DNA of 64,000 bases from an uncultured Chloroflexia bacterium. GTDB taxonomy: Bacteria > Chloroflexota > Limnocylindria > Limnocylindrales > CSP1-4. The notes under the pieces are model-generated. The model was given only the letters and a program-made list of their open reading frames with translations, was not told where the DNA came from and searched no databases. Shown here in pieces: positions 1-9,454 of the stretch. The stretch spans positions 293,708-357,707 of the forward strand of contig CAVTMH010000003.1 in NCBI GenBank assembly GCA_963735785.1. Direction: 5' to 3'. The position numbers and the translations under genes are program-made. Numbering within the stretch: position 1 is the first letter of the stretch; each line of letters begins with the position of its first letter.

Positions 1-741
1 ACCGACGACCTTCGTGGCTGGCTCACCGTCGTGGTCGGTCGGATCTGCCTCGACGTACTGCGCACCCGTCGGTCGCGCCGCGAGACGTACGCCGGGACCT
101 GGCTACCAGAGCCCGTCGTGACCGCGCCGACCGACGAGAGCCCGGAACACGAGGCGGTCCTCGCCGACTCCGTCGGGCTCGCGCTCCTTGTCGTGCTCGA
201 GACCCTGACGCCCGCCGAGCGCCTTGCCTTCGTGCTGCACGACATCTTCGCCGTGCCGTTCGAGGAGATCGCCGAGGTCGTCGGGCGGACGCCGGCCGCA
301 GCACGTCAGCTGGCGAGTCGGGCACGCCGCCGGGTCCGTGAGGGGGCGCCCAGTCCGGACGCCGATCTCGCCGTCCAGCGTCGCGTCGTGGACGCCTTCC
401 TCGCCGCGGCCCGATCCGGCGATTTCGACGCGCTCCTGCGGGTGCTCGACCCCGATGTCGTCATCCGGTTCGACGGCGGCGGGACGGGACTGCTGGCACG
501 ACCCACGATCGTCGGCGCTGCTGCGGCTGCACAAGAGATCCTTTCCGGGGGCGGACGCTTCGCACCGCTCGCCGAGCGCGTCATGGTGAATGGGGCACCC
601 GGCGCCATGATCCGAGCAGGGGGTCGACCGCGGTACGTCATCGGCTTCACCGTCGCCAAGGGCCGCATCGCGGCGATCGACCTCATGGGGGATCCAGCCA
701 AGGTGGGCCGGTTCGGTGAGAGCCCGGAAGGCCTCCTGTGA
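1..741 (+). CDS. ECF-type RNA polymerase sigma factor (SigJ-like), C-terminal part; 5' end lies upstream of the window
   Basis: The frame is open from base 1. The translation (DLRGWLTVVVGRICLDVLRTRRSRRE…LTPAERLAFVLHDIFAVPFEEIAEVVGRTPAAARQLASRARRRV) shows sigma-70 region 2 and region 4 motifs. The C-terminal half is SnoaL/NTF2-like (GDFDALLRVLDPDVV…), typical of SigJ-type ECF sigmas. Confidence 0.8.
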   Translation, partial: TDDLRGWLTVVVGRICLDVLRTRRSRRETYAGTWLPEPVVTAPTDESPEHEAVLADSVGLALLVVLETLTPAERLAFVLHDIFAVPFEEIAEVVGRTPAAARQLASRARRRVREGAPSPDADLAVQRRVVDAFLAAARSGDFDALLRVLDPDVVIRFDGGGTGLLARPTIVGAAAAAQEILSGGGRFAPLAERVMVNGAPGAMIRAGGRPRYVIGFTVAKGRIAAIDLMGDPAKVGRFGESPEGLL

Positions 742-1163
742 ATGGCAGGCCCGCGACCTTCGATGCCGGCCGACCACGCGTGAGCGGGCCGCTCCACCGG
801 ATCGCCCGACCGCTCGGACCCCTCGCGTTGCCGGTCGCCGGCAAGCGGTGGTTGCCGTTCTATTCGATCCTGCGCCACACGGGCCGGACCTCCGGGAAGG
901 CCTACTCCACACCGGTCGTGGGGATCAGATCACCCGATGGCTTCCTCATCCCGCTGCCCTTCGGCGACTCGACCCAGTGGGCGAAGAACCTGTTCGCCGC
1001 CGGTAGGGGTCGCCTGCAGCAGGGCGGTCGAGAGTACGAGATCGATGAACCGACCGTGGTCGGTGGCGACGTGGTCGAGGCGTATCTCCCGCGGGGCGTG
1101 CGGTTTCTGGCCGCCCGCCTCGGGCTCCGCCAGTACGTCCGCGTCCGACGGGCTCCGACCTAA
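738..1163 (+). CDS. deazaflavin (F420H2)-dependent nitroreductase family protein (DUF385)
   Basis: The GTG start overlaps the sigma-factor TGA stop (GTGA). The motifs ILRHTGRTSGKAYSTPV and QWAKNL…GGREYEI match the DUF385 pattern. Confidence 0.75.
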   Translation: MNGRPATFDAGRPRVSGPLHRIARPLGPLALPVAGKRWLPFYSILRHTGRTSGKAYSTPVVGIRSPDGFLIPLPFGDSTQWAKNLFAAGRGRLQQGGREYEIDEPTVVGGDVVEAYLPRGVRFLAARLGLRQYVRVRRAPT

Positions 1164-1531
1164 GTCGTCGGCGACGTCCAGACCGGATCCGGACCGGCAA
1201 GCCATTCGGTGTCGAACCGCTCGGCGCCGTGGATCGCGACGAGGCGCAGCTCGCCCGGACCCGTGTTCGTGAAACCATGCGCCTCGCCCGGTGGGCTGAC
1301 CACGATGTGGCCACCGTCGATTACCACCATCTCGTCGCCGACCTGGAAGGTGGCCTGGCCGGACTCGACCACGAACACCTCGGCGTAGGGGTGGCGGTGC
1401 AGCTTGGGGCCGACCCCAGGCTGCGAGTGCACGACGATGACAGAAAACGGGACGGCGTTATGCTCGGCGCCCACGAATTCGTGGGCATGTGGGCCATGCG
1501 CCAGGTCGTCGAATCGCACGAGCTCCGCCAT
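1160..1531 (-). CDS. cupin domain protein
   Basis: The ATG at 1531 is preceded by an AAGGGG Shine-Dalgarno. The translation carries cupin motifs (HRHPYAEVFVVESGQATFQVGDE…PPGEAHGF). The longer ORF running to 1663 has a junk N-terminus. Confidence 0.7.
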   Translation of the reverse strand: MAELVRFDDLAHGPHAHEFVGAEHNAVPFSVIVVHSQPGVGPKLHRHPYAEVFVVESGQATFQVGDEMVVIDGGHIVVSPPGEAHGFTNTGPGELRLVAIHGAERFDTEWLAGPDPVWTSPTT

Positions 1532-1674
1532 CGGTTCCCCTTCTTCGTGTCGGCCATCTGACATTGACACGCAAAGAATGAACCGATTCGACCCCTGCGG
1601 ACGCCAATACAGCGAGGGACCGAACGACAGCGGCCGAGGGACCCCTGCGCCCGACCCCTGCAAGGAGGGACGTC

Positions 1675-3037
1675 ATGGTCCGATCCCGTCATCGATCAAG
1701 GGTGCATCGCTGGCTCGCGGGTATCACCGCGCTTGCCCTGGTCGCCGTCGCCGGGCTGGTCCCGACCGCGTCCGTGGCCGCGGCCGAACAGCCGAACCCG
1801 GTGCTCGACTGGAACATCAACGCGGTCAATGCCATCGGCAACGCGCCGGGTGCCACGCCACCCACGCCCCCAGGCCTTGGCCAGCCACCTCCGATCGCCG
1901 TGATCCACCTGGCGATGGTGCACGGGGCCATCTACGACGCGGTCAACGCCATCGACGGCGGACACGAGCCGTACAACGACGACGTGCCGTCGGCACCCTC
2001 GGGGGCCTCGAAGGCCGCCGCCGTTGCCACGGCTGCCCATGACGTGCTCCTCGCACTCCCACCGCTCTCACCGCTCCCAGCGAACAGCCCCGACGCCATG
2101 AGGGCGAGCGTGGCTGAGCTGTATCGGCTCTACCTGCTCCAGATCCCCGACGGCACGGCCAAGACCCAGGGGATCGCGATCGGCCGGGCCGCGGCTACCG
2201 CGATGAACACGGCGCGGACGGATGACGGCCGCTTCCAGGGCACGCCGACATGGCCGACCGGCACGCTCAAGGGCGAATGGCGCCCGGTGGAGACCGCCAA
2301 CGCGAACGTGTTCGCGCTGGGTCAAGGATGTCGATCCGTTCACGCTGAAGAGCACGGGTCAGTTCCGCACGGAGGGCCCGTACCCCCTGACGAGCCGCGA
2401 GTGGGCGGCGGAGTTCAACGAAGTGAAGGCGCTGGGATCCAATGACCCGAGCACCCGCACCGAAGCACAGAACCGACTCGCCAGCTTCGTCTCGTTCAAT
2501 CTGTTCTCGGCCTACAACAAGACCATGCGCGAGATCGCGGTGGCGAACGCACTCACGACGCCCGAGCAGGCGATGCTCTTTGTCAGGACGACGATCTCAG
2601 CGGCCGACGCCCTGATCGGCTGCTGGGACAACAAGGAACACTGGATGCAGTGGCGACCGCAGACGGCCATCCGCCTGGCGGACCAGGACGGTAATCCGGA
2701 CACCGTGGCGGACAGCGACTGGACCGCCCAATTCCAGAACCCGGGATACCCGGACAATCCGTCCGGCTTCAACTGCTTCACTGCTGGCTTCTTCTATGCC
2801 GCCAGGCAGTACTTCGGGACCGACAAGATGTCCTTCCAGGTCACGAGCGCGGGAACGGCGCCGCTGCCGCAACCGGTGATCAGGGACTACACGCGGTTCA
2901 CCGGCATCATGAAAGACGCCATCGAAGGCCGCATCCTCATCGGCTTCCACTACCGAAGCGCGGACGAGCAGGGCGCCTGGCTCGGCAAGAAGGTCGCCCA
3001 GTGGGTCGATAAGCACTACTTCGGCCCCGTCGACTGA
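1675..3037 (+). CDS. secreted PAP2-superfamily / vanadium-haloperoxidase-like protein, split by one frame break near 2310-2320
   Basis: A GGAGG Shine-Dalgarno precedes the ATG at 1675. The protein has a signal peptide. The N-terminal part reads in the 1675 frame and the rest in the 2222 frame (WVKDVDPFTLKSTGQFR…NEVKALG…WRPQTA…YPDNPSGFN…GRILIGFHYRSADEQG). The break falls at the run ctgggtc. Confidence 0.6.
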
Positions 3038-3053
3038 CGGCTCTGCCCGAAGC

Positions 3054-3097
3054 AAGCCCCCGGTCCCTTTGGGGAGGGCCGGGGGCTTCTCTTGTTC
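3054..3097. terminator. bidirectional intrinsic terminator between convergent genes
   Basis: An inverted repeat (aagcccccggtccc-tttgggga-gggccgggggctt) is followed by ctcttgtt. It lies 3' of both the haloperoxidase-like gene and the small-subunit gene. Confidence 0.6.
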
Positions 3098-3554
3098 AGG
3101 CCCGCTGGTGCAGCGCCACGAGCGCGCAGACGCGGGTCTCGGTGCGGGCGACGACCCACCCCCGGACGAGCACGATCCCATCGCCGTGCTCCGCGAAGTC
3201 GCGTCGGCGCGCCGCATCGAGCGCGTGGCGGATCTCGTCGTCGCTCCCTTCGCCCAGGACCTTGTCCAGGCCCGGAACGGTGTCCGCCAGCGCCGCCAGC
3301 AAGGCATGGGTGTCCTGTTCGACGAGTCCTCCAGCCAGCGCGATCCGTCCGACCCGGGCGGCGCCCTCGGGGTGGGTGATGGCGGCGACCAGGCGCACGC
3401 CGGGATCCAACCCCGCCCCACGGCCGAGCCCGAACGGCGTCGCCGCCCGGATCGCTGCCGACCCGGCCCCCGCGACGCCGACCCATCCCGCCAACCGCAG
3501 GAACGAGCGCCGCGGGAACCCGCGTCGCGAGAACGTCCGCCGCGGCATCGTCAT
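3096..3554 (-). CDS. Tat-signal small subunit of a GMC-type dehydrogenase (gluconate 2-dehydrogenase subunit 3-like)
   Basis: MTMPRRTFSRRGFPRRSFLRLAGWVGVAGAGSAAIRA carries a twin-arginine motif (RRSFLR). The ATG overlaps the upstream GMC TGA stop (ATGA). This text occupies the C-terminal tail of the ORF-track 3096..5357 frame. Confidence 0.65.
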   Translation of the reverse strand: MTMPRRTFSRRGFPRRSFLRLAGWVGVAGAGSAAIRAATPFGLGRGAGLDPGVRLVAAITHPEGAARVGRIALAGGLVEQDTHALLAALADTVPGLDKVLGEGSDDEIRHALDAARRRDFAEHGDGIVLVRGWVVARTETRVCALVALHQRA

Positions 3555-5357
3555 CCCAGGGCCTCGCGCAGGTGGTCGGTCAGACGAAGCGAGAGCGCCA
3601 CGAGCGTCATCGTCGGCGTCCCGGTGCCGGCTGTCGAGAAGACGGAGCTCCCGGCGACGTACAGGTTGTCCACCCCGTGGACCCGGCAATCGCGATCGAC
3701 GACGCCACGCGACGGGTCGTCGCTCATGCGGGTCGTGCCCATGTGGTGCCAGCCGCCAGCCAGGTCCTCCGGCCACGTGTTCGAGTCGTCGTCGACGTCG
3801 ATCCGGAGCCGGCCGAGCCCGGTCCGGCCGAGCTCGGCGCCGAGGAGCTCGAGCGTCCGAACGACACTGTGCTTGTCCAGGTCCGTGAGTCGCCAATCCA
3901 GCTGGACCCGGCGCATGCCCATCGCGTCGCGCTCGTTCGTGAGGCTGACGCGGCTGTCCGGGTTCGGGACCTGCTCGATGGCGGTCAGGAGGCCGATCCC
4001 GAGGAGCGGCAGGCCACCCGCGAACTTGTCGACCCCGGCCGTCGCGATGTCCCCGAAGATGAGCGGCAGGGCCGATTTCGGCCTGGCCGGCGGCGACACG
4101 TCGCGCCACCTCGCCGACCACTTCCGGCAACGGGACGGCCAGCGGACCGCCCGGGATCGTCGCCTCCTGCCAGCTCATCAGGTCGGCCGACAGGAGCGCC
4201 ACGTCCTTCCCGACGTCATCGATGGCGGCGACGAGCTCGCCCGGATCCTTGAGCCGATCGACGAGGTCGTTGGCGGCGTCCGCCGCCGCCGAATCGAGCG
4301 CCGCCTCGACCGCCGGGTCGTAGACCGGGCTGAGGCGCATGTAGACATCGGTCAGTCCCTCCTGCCACGCGGCCTCTTCCGAGAGGGTCAGGTAGCCCTG
4401 GATCGTCGTGTCTCCCACACGATGCGTCCCATAGAAGCCGATCCGGAACCCCGGGTCGGCGGGCAGCATCAGCCCGCCCCGGAACCGCGGGTGCTCCATG
4501 AAGTAGCGCCCGACCTGGTCTCGATCGTTGCCGACGCCCTCGGGCCGCACGCCGTCGGACGCGAGCAGCAGGCGCGCGTTCTCGATGCCGCCCGTGGCGA
4601 TGACGTACCGCTGCGCCGTGACGGCGAAGCGGCCGCCGGAGAGTGTCCCGGCGCGGATCCGTTCGACATGGGCGCCGCTGGGATCGGTGTCGATCGAGAT
4701 GGCGTTCGCGTTGAGGTGGACGGTGACGTTGGCGGCGGCGTCGAGATCGGTGCGGTATCGGTCGGCGAAGCTGCGCCGGCGGCCCTCGACGACCTGGACC
4801 ACGACCGACTCGATCGGGTCACCGGACAACGGCCAGACCGGGAATGCGCTGTCCTCGCTCCAACGATCGATCGACCAGTCGGCGACCGACAGTCCCGAGA
4901 TGGTCGCGGCGCGCGGATAGTACGGATCGAGATCGGCTCGGGTGATCGGCCAGCCACTCCCCGGGATCCAGTCGCGGGCCTCGAAATCGACGTCCGTGAG
5001 CGGCCGGCAGACACCGCCCCAATGGTTCGTCGAGCCGCCGAAATACCGCAGCCGCGCGCCTTCCAGTGGGAAGTACGGCAGCCCGATATTGGCACCGGCG
5101 TCGAGGTCGTTCGTCGCGGCGTCGAAGTCGAGGCCGCCGCTCTCGAGCACGACGACCTGCACCGACGACCCGGCCAGCTCGCGAGCGATCGTGATCCCGG
5201 CGGCGCCGCAACCAACGATGCACAGGTCGGTTTCGAGGACCGATTCGGCAGGGATCTCCTGGGCGTCGACGATCACGGCCACAGGGTACCCGGCACCGCC
5301 GGCGCCCCGCCTATACTCGGCGCTTCCCGCGACGAGGAGGACGATGACCGAGCCCAC
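3551..5357 (-). CDS. GMC-family FAD-dependent oxidoreductase, with one frame break near 4040-4100
   Basis: The N-terminal domain reads in the 5357 frame (DLCIVGCGAAGITIARELAGSSVQVVVLESGG…NHWGG). The C-terminal domain reads in the 4099 frame (…HHMGTTRMSDDPSRGVVDRDCRVHGVDNLYVAGSSVF). The switch is near gccgaaatcggcc. The start may instead be the GTG at about 5285. Confidence 0.7.
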
Positions 5358-5892
5358 CGCGATGCCCGAAGCGGCGGACGTCCGAATCGTCGGAGCCGTG
5401 GCACGACTGGTGGCCTACGTGCTCGACGCGCTGCTCGTCGCCCTCGCGACCTACGTCGTGCTGTTGCTGCTCCACACGTTCATCGGCCCGACGGTCCGGA
5501 TCACCGACGTCGATGGCGTGCCGCGTCTTTCGGTCGACCGTGTCCGGTTCATCGTCGACTCGCTCGTGGCGACGGGGATGTCCGCCGCGTACTTCGTGGG
5601 GTCCTGGCTGACGTGGGATCGGACACCGGCGCAGCGAGTGATCCGGGCGCGGGTCGAGCGGGCCGCCGACGGCGGTCGACTGCGGCCCATCGCGGCGGTC
5701 ACGCGCTGGTTGCTGCTGGGCGCGCCGTTCGGGCTGGTCTCGGCGTTGCTCCTGCCGGGGCCGGGGTCCGGCGCGATCCTCGGGGTGGTGATCGCGCTTT
5801 ACTACGCCGTCCTCTTCATCACGACGGCGCGCGACGCGCGGAAACGGGGACTCCACGATCGCGTGGCCGGCTCGATCGTGCGTCGCCGGTAA
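5344..5892 (+). CDS. RDD family membrane protein
   Basis: The in-frame ATG at 5344 lies inside the longer ORF. The translation has the RDD pattern (RIVGAVARLVAYVLDALLVALATYVVLLLL … RKRGLHDRVAGSIVRRR). Confidence 0.65.
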   Translation: MTEPTAMPEAADVRIVGAVARLVAYVLDALLVALATYVVLLLLHTFIGPTVRITDVDGVPRLSVDRVRFIVDSLVATGMSAAYFVGSWLTWDRTPAQRVIRARVERAADGGRLRPIAAVTRWLLLGAPFGLVSALLLPGPGSGAILGVVIALYYAVLFITTARDARKRGLHDRVAGSIVRRR

Positions 5893-5925
5893 CGCTCGTC
5901 CCGCGCCCCGGTGCTCGGCCGCGGC

Positions 5926-7044
5926 TCAGCGCTCGATCACGAGGACCAGCTTGTCGACCGCGGACTCGGCGCCCCACAGCTCACCGGGTCGACCCAGCAG
6001 CTGACGCACGGCCGCCCTGGGACTCGGGAGCTCGATCCCGTGGAATGCCTCCGTTGCGGGGTCGAACCGGACGATCGCATTCGCGCCGAAGTCGGTCAGC
6101 CAGACGACGTCGCGTTCGTCGACGTAGACGGCATAGGCCTGCGGCCGGTCGCCCGGCAGCGGCCACTCCTTCCACTCGCCGGTCGCGGGGTCGTAGCGGC
6201 CGAGCTGGCCGGCGTCGTACTCGCTCACCCAGATCCGGCCGCTCGTATCGGACCAGACGCGCCGGGCGCCCTGGTCGGGTGTCGGCGGCTCCACGATCGT
6301 GGCTGCGCCCGTCGCTGGATCGATCCGGGCGATGTGGCTGCCGGCGAGGGACGCGTACCAGACGTCGCCGTCCGGCGTGACCGTGATGCCGTAGGGACCC
6401 CGGCCCTCGGGATCGTCGTACACGTCCAGCTCACCGGACGCCGGGTCCAGCCGGCCGTACACGCCGGCCTGGCCGGTGAACCACAGGATGCCGGACGGAT
6501 CGAAGACGGCGGTGTTGAGGTTGGCGCTCCCGCGTCCGGCCGGAAGCTTGAAGGCGCGGACATCGTCGGTCTGGCCGTCGACGCGGACGATCGCGTCGAG
6601 ACCGCTGTCCGTGATCCATGCTGCGTCGTCCGGCCCGAGGATGACACCGTGCGGGGCCGAGCCCGCCCCGAGCGGGATCTCGCGGATGTCCCCGCTGGCC
6701 GGGTCAAGATGACCGAGGACGCCCTTGTGCTGCCCTGTGTACCAGATGCCGCCGTCCATGGCGGGCGCGACGTCGTGCGGGTGGGAGCCGGCCGGGACGT
6801 CGAACTCACGAACTTCGAGCGACACAGGGCCTGGGGTCGCGGTCGACCCCTGCGGGCCGGTCCTCGACGGCGACGGGGCGGGTGATGCGGCGGCCGGCGC
6901 TGGCGTCGCCGAGCCCGCCGACGCGGGGGCCGACGGCGTACCCGCGGGACCGGCGCAGGCGCCCATCAGGGTCGCGCTCACCGCGAGCGTCATCGTGAGC
7001 GTGATCCGCGCCAGGGATCGGGAGCCTCCGGCGACGACAGGCAT
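5926..7044 (-). CDS. Vgb-family (virginiamycin B lyase-like) beta-propeller lipoprotein
   Basis: The ATG is at 7044. The signal peptide ends in a lipobox-like LMGAC, followed by a Pro/Ala/Ser linker. Repeated GxIW[FY]T…G…D…(F/Y)…P blades follow. The N-terminal part of the ORF running to 7257 is junk. Confidence 0.7.
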   Translation of the reverse strand: MPVVAGGSRSLARITLTMTLAVSATLMGACAGPAGTPSAPASAGSATPAPAAASPAPSPSRTGPQGSTATPGPVSLEVREFDVPAGSHPHDVAPAMDGGIWYTGQHKGVLGHLDPASGDIREIPLGAGSAPHGVILGPDDAAWITDSGLDAIVRVDGQTDDVRAFKLPAGRGSANLNTAVFDPSGILWFTGQAGVYGRLDPASGELDVYDDPEGRGPYGITVTPDGDVWYASLAGSHIARIDPATGAATIVEPPTPDQGARRVWSDTSGRIWVSEYDAGQLGRYDPATGEWKEWPLPGDRPQAYAVYVDERDVVWLTDFGANAIVRFDPATEAFHGIELPSPRAAVRQLLGRPGELWGAESAVDKLVLVIER

Positions 7045-7099
7045 GCGGGCTAGTCTCCTCTGTCTCGGAAGGCCCGTCCATCGCTCGCCGGGGCGGGCG

Positions 7100-8095
7100 T
7101 CAGGCTGCGGCCGAGACCTTGCCCGCAGCGAGCATGAAGACCGCCGCCTCCTCGACACCGTCCACGCCCAGCATGTCGTTGATGGCGTCATCCATGAATG
7201 CCCCGATGCCGCAGGCGCCGAGTCCCATCGCTGTCGCGGCCAGATAGGCGTTCTCACCGACGTGGCCCGCTTCCAGCAGTCCGTACCGGTAGCTCCGATC
7301 CTGGTACTTGGGTCGCATGCGCTGGAGGATCATGGTCACGAACAGTACGACGCCGCATTCGCCGAGGAACTCCTGCGCGATCCCCTGCTCGACGACGGCC
7401 GCGCGGAAGTCGCCGCGGCGAACCTGTTCGAGGGCGTGCTCCCGATACGCGTAGTGGTAGACGCCGGGCTCGAGACCGTCGACGTGATGGACGACCGGGT
7501 AGAGCTCGATCGGGTAGAGCGCGCCCGACGACGGTGCGGCCCGTCGGGCATTGCCGTGAAGACCGGCCGTGATGCCACCGGTCAGGAAGAGCAGTCGCGA
7601 GAGCTCGTCAAGGGTCATCGGTGCGGGCGCGTACGCGCGGGTCGAGCGCCGGCTCGCGATCGCGCGCGCGGTCGGCAGCCCCCGGTCCAGGTCGCTGCCC
7701 GACGGGGCCTTCGGGAGCGCGATCCTCCGAGCGCCCGGATAGGACTTGTACAGCTCGATCGGCTGCCCCCAGTCGGCGACCATCGGGCGCTTCGGCTCAG
7801 GGTCTCGGACGTCGGCCATCCGTCGAGTGGCCGCCACGCGCCGCGCCGCGGAGACGGGCGAACCGCCCGCACGGAACGACTTCCACCGGAAGCGTGCGTA
7901 CCCGATCAGTCGATCGCGGTTCAGCCACACGTGGGCGACGCCGAACGCGCCCATCACGTAGCCGGACACGGTGTGATACCAGAAGTCGTTGAGGTCCCAG
8001 AGATCGGCCACGATCCCGGTCATCGCCGTGACGAGGGCGCTGGCCAAAAGGCCGACGCTGGTCAGGAAGTCGAAGTCGCGGACGAGTCGTGTCAT
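7100..8095 (-). CDS. SagB-type dehydrogenase (nitroreductase-like) with an N-terminal transmembrane anchor
   Basis: The ATG is at 8095. The N-terminus is hydrophobic (LLASALVTAMTGIVADLW). The SagB-type core reads RRSTRAY…APSSGALYPIELYPVVHHVDGLEPGVYHYAY. The gene is 55 bp upstream of, and co-oriented with, the Vgb-like gene. Confidence 0.75.
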   Translation of the reverse strand: MTRLVRDFDFLTSVGLLASALVTAMTGIVADLWDLNDFWYHTVSGYVMGAFGVAHVWLNRDRLIGYARFRWKSFRAGGSPVSAARRVAATRRMADVRDPEPKRPMVADWGQPIELYKSYPGARRIALPKAPSGSDLDRGLPTARAIASRRSTRAYAPAPMTLDELSRLLFLTGGITAGLHGNARRAAPSSGALYPIELYPVVHHVDGLEPGVYHYAYREHALEQVRRGDFRAAVVEQGIAQEFLGECGVVLFVTMILQRMRPKYQDRSYRYGLLEAGHVGENAYLAATAMGLGACGIGAFMDDAINDMLGVDGVEEAAVFMLAAGKVSAAA

Positions 8096-8269
8096 GCCAT
8101 GCCACCGCTGGGCGGGAGATCGCGACCACCACTCGCGGGCCGTCGCGGTCCCGCGCGACGATTCTAGGCCTGATTCGCAGCCGAGGTGCCCATATACAGG
8201 CTCGACGGCCTCTGGTACGTTCCCGCGACTCGGGCGCGGACAGCGTGGCCCGCGTCGACCGATGAGGGG

Positions 8270-9301
8270 TACATGCCGGCAGCGCCGCTCCGCACGCTCG
8301 TGGCCGTCGTCGTCGCGGCTTTGATCATGGGGATCGTGCCGCCGGCGGCGAGCGCCGCGCAGTCGCCCGACGTCACCCCGCCGACCGGCTCGATCTCGAT
8401 CGCTGGCGGCGCCGCGTACACCCGGACGAGGTTCGTTACGGTCGCGACCCCCGCGACCGACGATAGCGGTCACGTGACCGAGATGGCCCTGTCGAACGAT
8501 GGGATCACGTGGACGACCGGGGGATACGGGCCGATGCGCCACTGGGCGCTGGAGGCCATCGACGGCACGCGGACCGTCCACGTGAAGTGGAAGGACGCCG
8601 CGGGCAATTGGTCGGCGGTCGAGACGGACACGATCGTGCTCGACACCGTGAAGCCGAGCGTGACGGTGCCACTCCGGGGCTTCGTGGCCGGCAGCGGGAT
8701 CGACGAGGGCCGGATCAGCGTCCGTGTCGCGTGGTCGGCGTCCGATGACCGGAGCGGGATCGCGCGGTACGAGCTCGAGCAGAGCACCGGCGGGGTCTGG
8801 GCGATGATCTCGACGACGCTGACGAACCCGGCGATCACCCGCCTCCTGGCCACGCAGCAGGACTATCAGTTCCGCGTCCGCGCCGTCGACGGGGCCGGCA
8901 ATACGAGTGTCGCGACAGGAAAGCCATTCCGCATCTCGCGGTACAGCGAACACAACAGCGCGATCCGCTACAGCGGCTCGTGGACGAACGACGCGAATCC
9001 GGCGTACTGGGGCGGCGCGGCGAGGCGGTCGAGCACTGCCGGTGCCCGCGCCTCACTGACCTTCACCGGGCGCCAGATCGCGTGGGTGGCGCGCACGGGT
9101 CCTGACCGGGGCAAGGCAGGGATCTTCGTCAACGGCACGCAGGTTGCCACGGTCGACCTGTATTCCCCCACGACGAGGGCCCAGCGGGTCGTATGGGTCG
9201 GCAGCTGGACGACCGCCGTCTCGCGCACGGTCACGATCCGGGTGGCCGGCACGAGTGGACGCCCACGCATCGATCTCGACGCGCTCGTGACGGCCAACTA
9301 G
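8270..9301 (+). CDS. secreted protein with two FN3/Ig-like domains and a C-terminal ~110-aa module of unknown function
   Basis: A signal peptide is present (MPAAPLRTLVAVVVAALIMGIVPPAASAAQ). FN3-like segments appear (…YQFRVRAVDGAGNTS). The C-terminal segment (TFTGRQIAWVARTGPDRGKAGIFVNGTQVATVDLYS…TVTIRVAGTSGRPRIDLDALV) is paralogous to the C-terminus of the 55718..56561 protein. Confidence 0.65.
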   Translation, partial: YMPAAPLRTLVAVVVAALIMGIVPPAASAAQSPDVTPPTGSISIAGGAAYTRTRFVTVATPATDDSGHVTEMALSNDGITWTTGGYGPMRHWALEAIDGTRTVHVKWKDAAGNWSAVETDTIVLDTVKPSVTVPLRGFVAGSGIDEGRISVRVAWSASDDRSGIARYELEQSTGGVWAMISTTLTNPAITRLLATQQDYQFRVRAVDGAGNTSVATGKPFRISRYSEHNSAIRYSGSWTNDANPAYWGGAARRSSTAGARASLTFTGRQIAWVARTGPDRGKAGIFVNGTQVATVDLYSPTTRAQRVVWVGSWTTAVSRTVTIRVAGTSGRPRIDLDALVTAN

Positions 9302-9454
9302 ACGCGAGCGGGCCTCCCGGGGGCCGGAACCGCCGGGAGTCGTGTGGTATGGTGAGGTCTCGCCGCACTGCGTGGCGATGCTCCGCGTGGTCGACCCCCT
9401 TCTCGAACGGACCGTGCGCCGGAAATCCCTGTTCGGGAAGTGTTGGAGGTCCTC

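Noticed and set aside
3069-6380. Very long ORFs in the ORF track, for example 3069..6380+, 9504..11111-, 20407..21495-, 22552..24228+, 45018..46754+, 46770..49271+ and 56639..58006+.
   Set aside because: Their translations are Arg/Pro/Gly/Ala-rich low-complexity strings. They lie antisense to, or frame-shifted from, genes with clear family signatures. These are typical stop-poor alternative frames of about 70% GC DNA.
5926-9301. TOMM/azole-RiPP cluster implied by the SagB-type dehydrogenase.
   Set aside because: No YcaO cyclodehydratase, E1-like partner, precursor peptide or dedicated exporter is found within 10 kb on either side.
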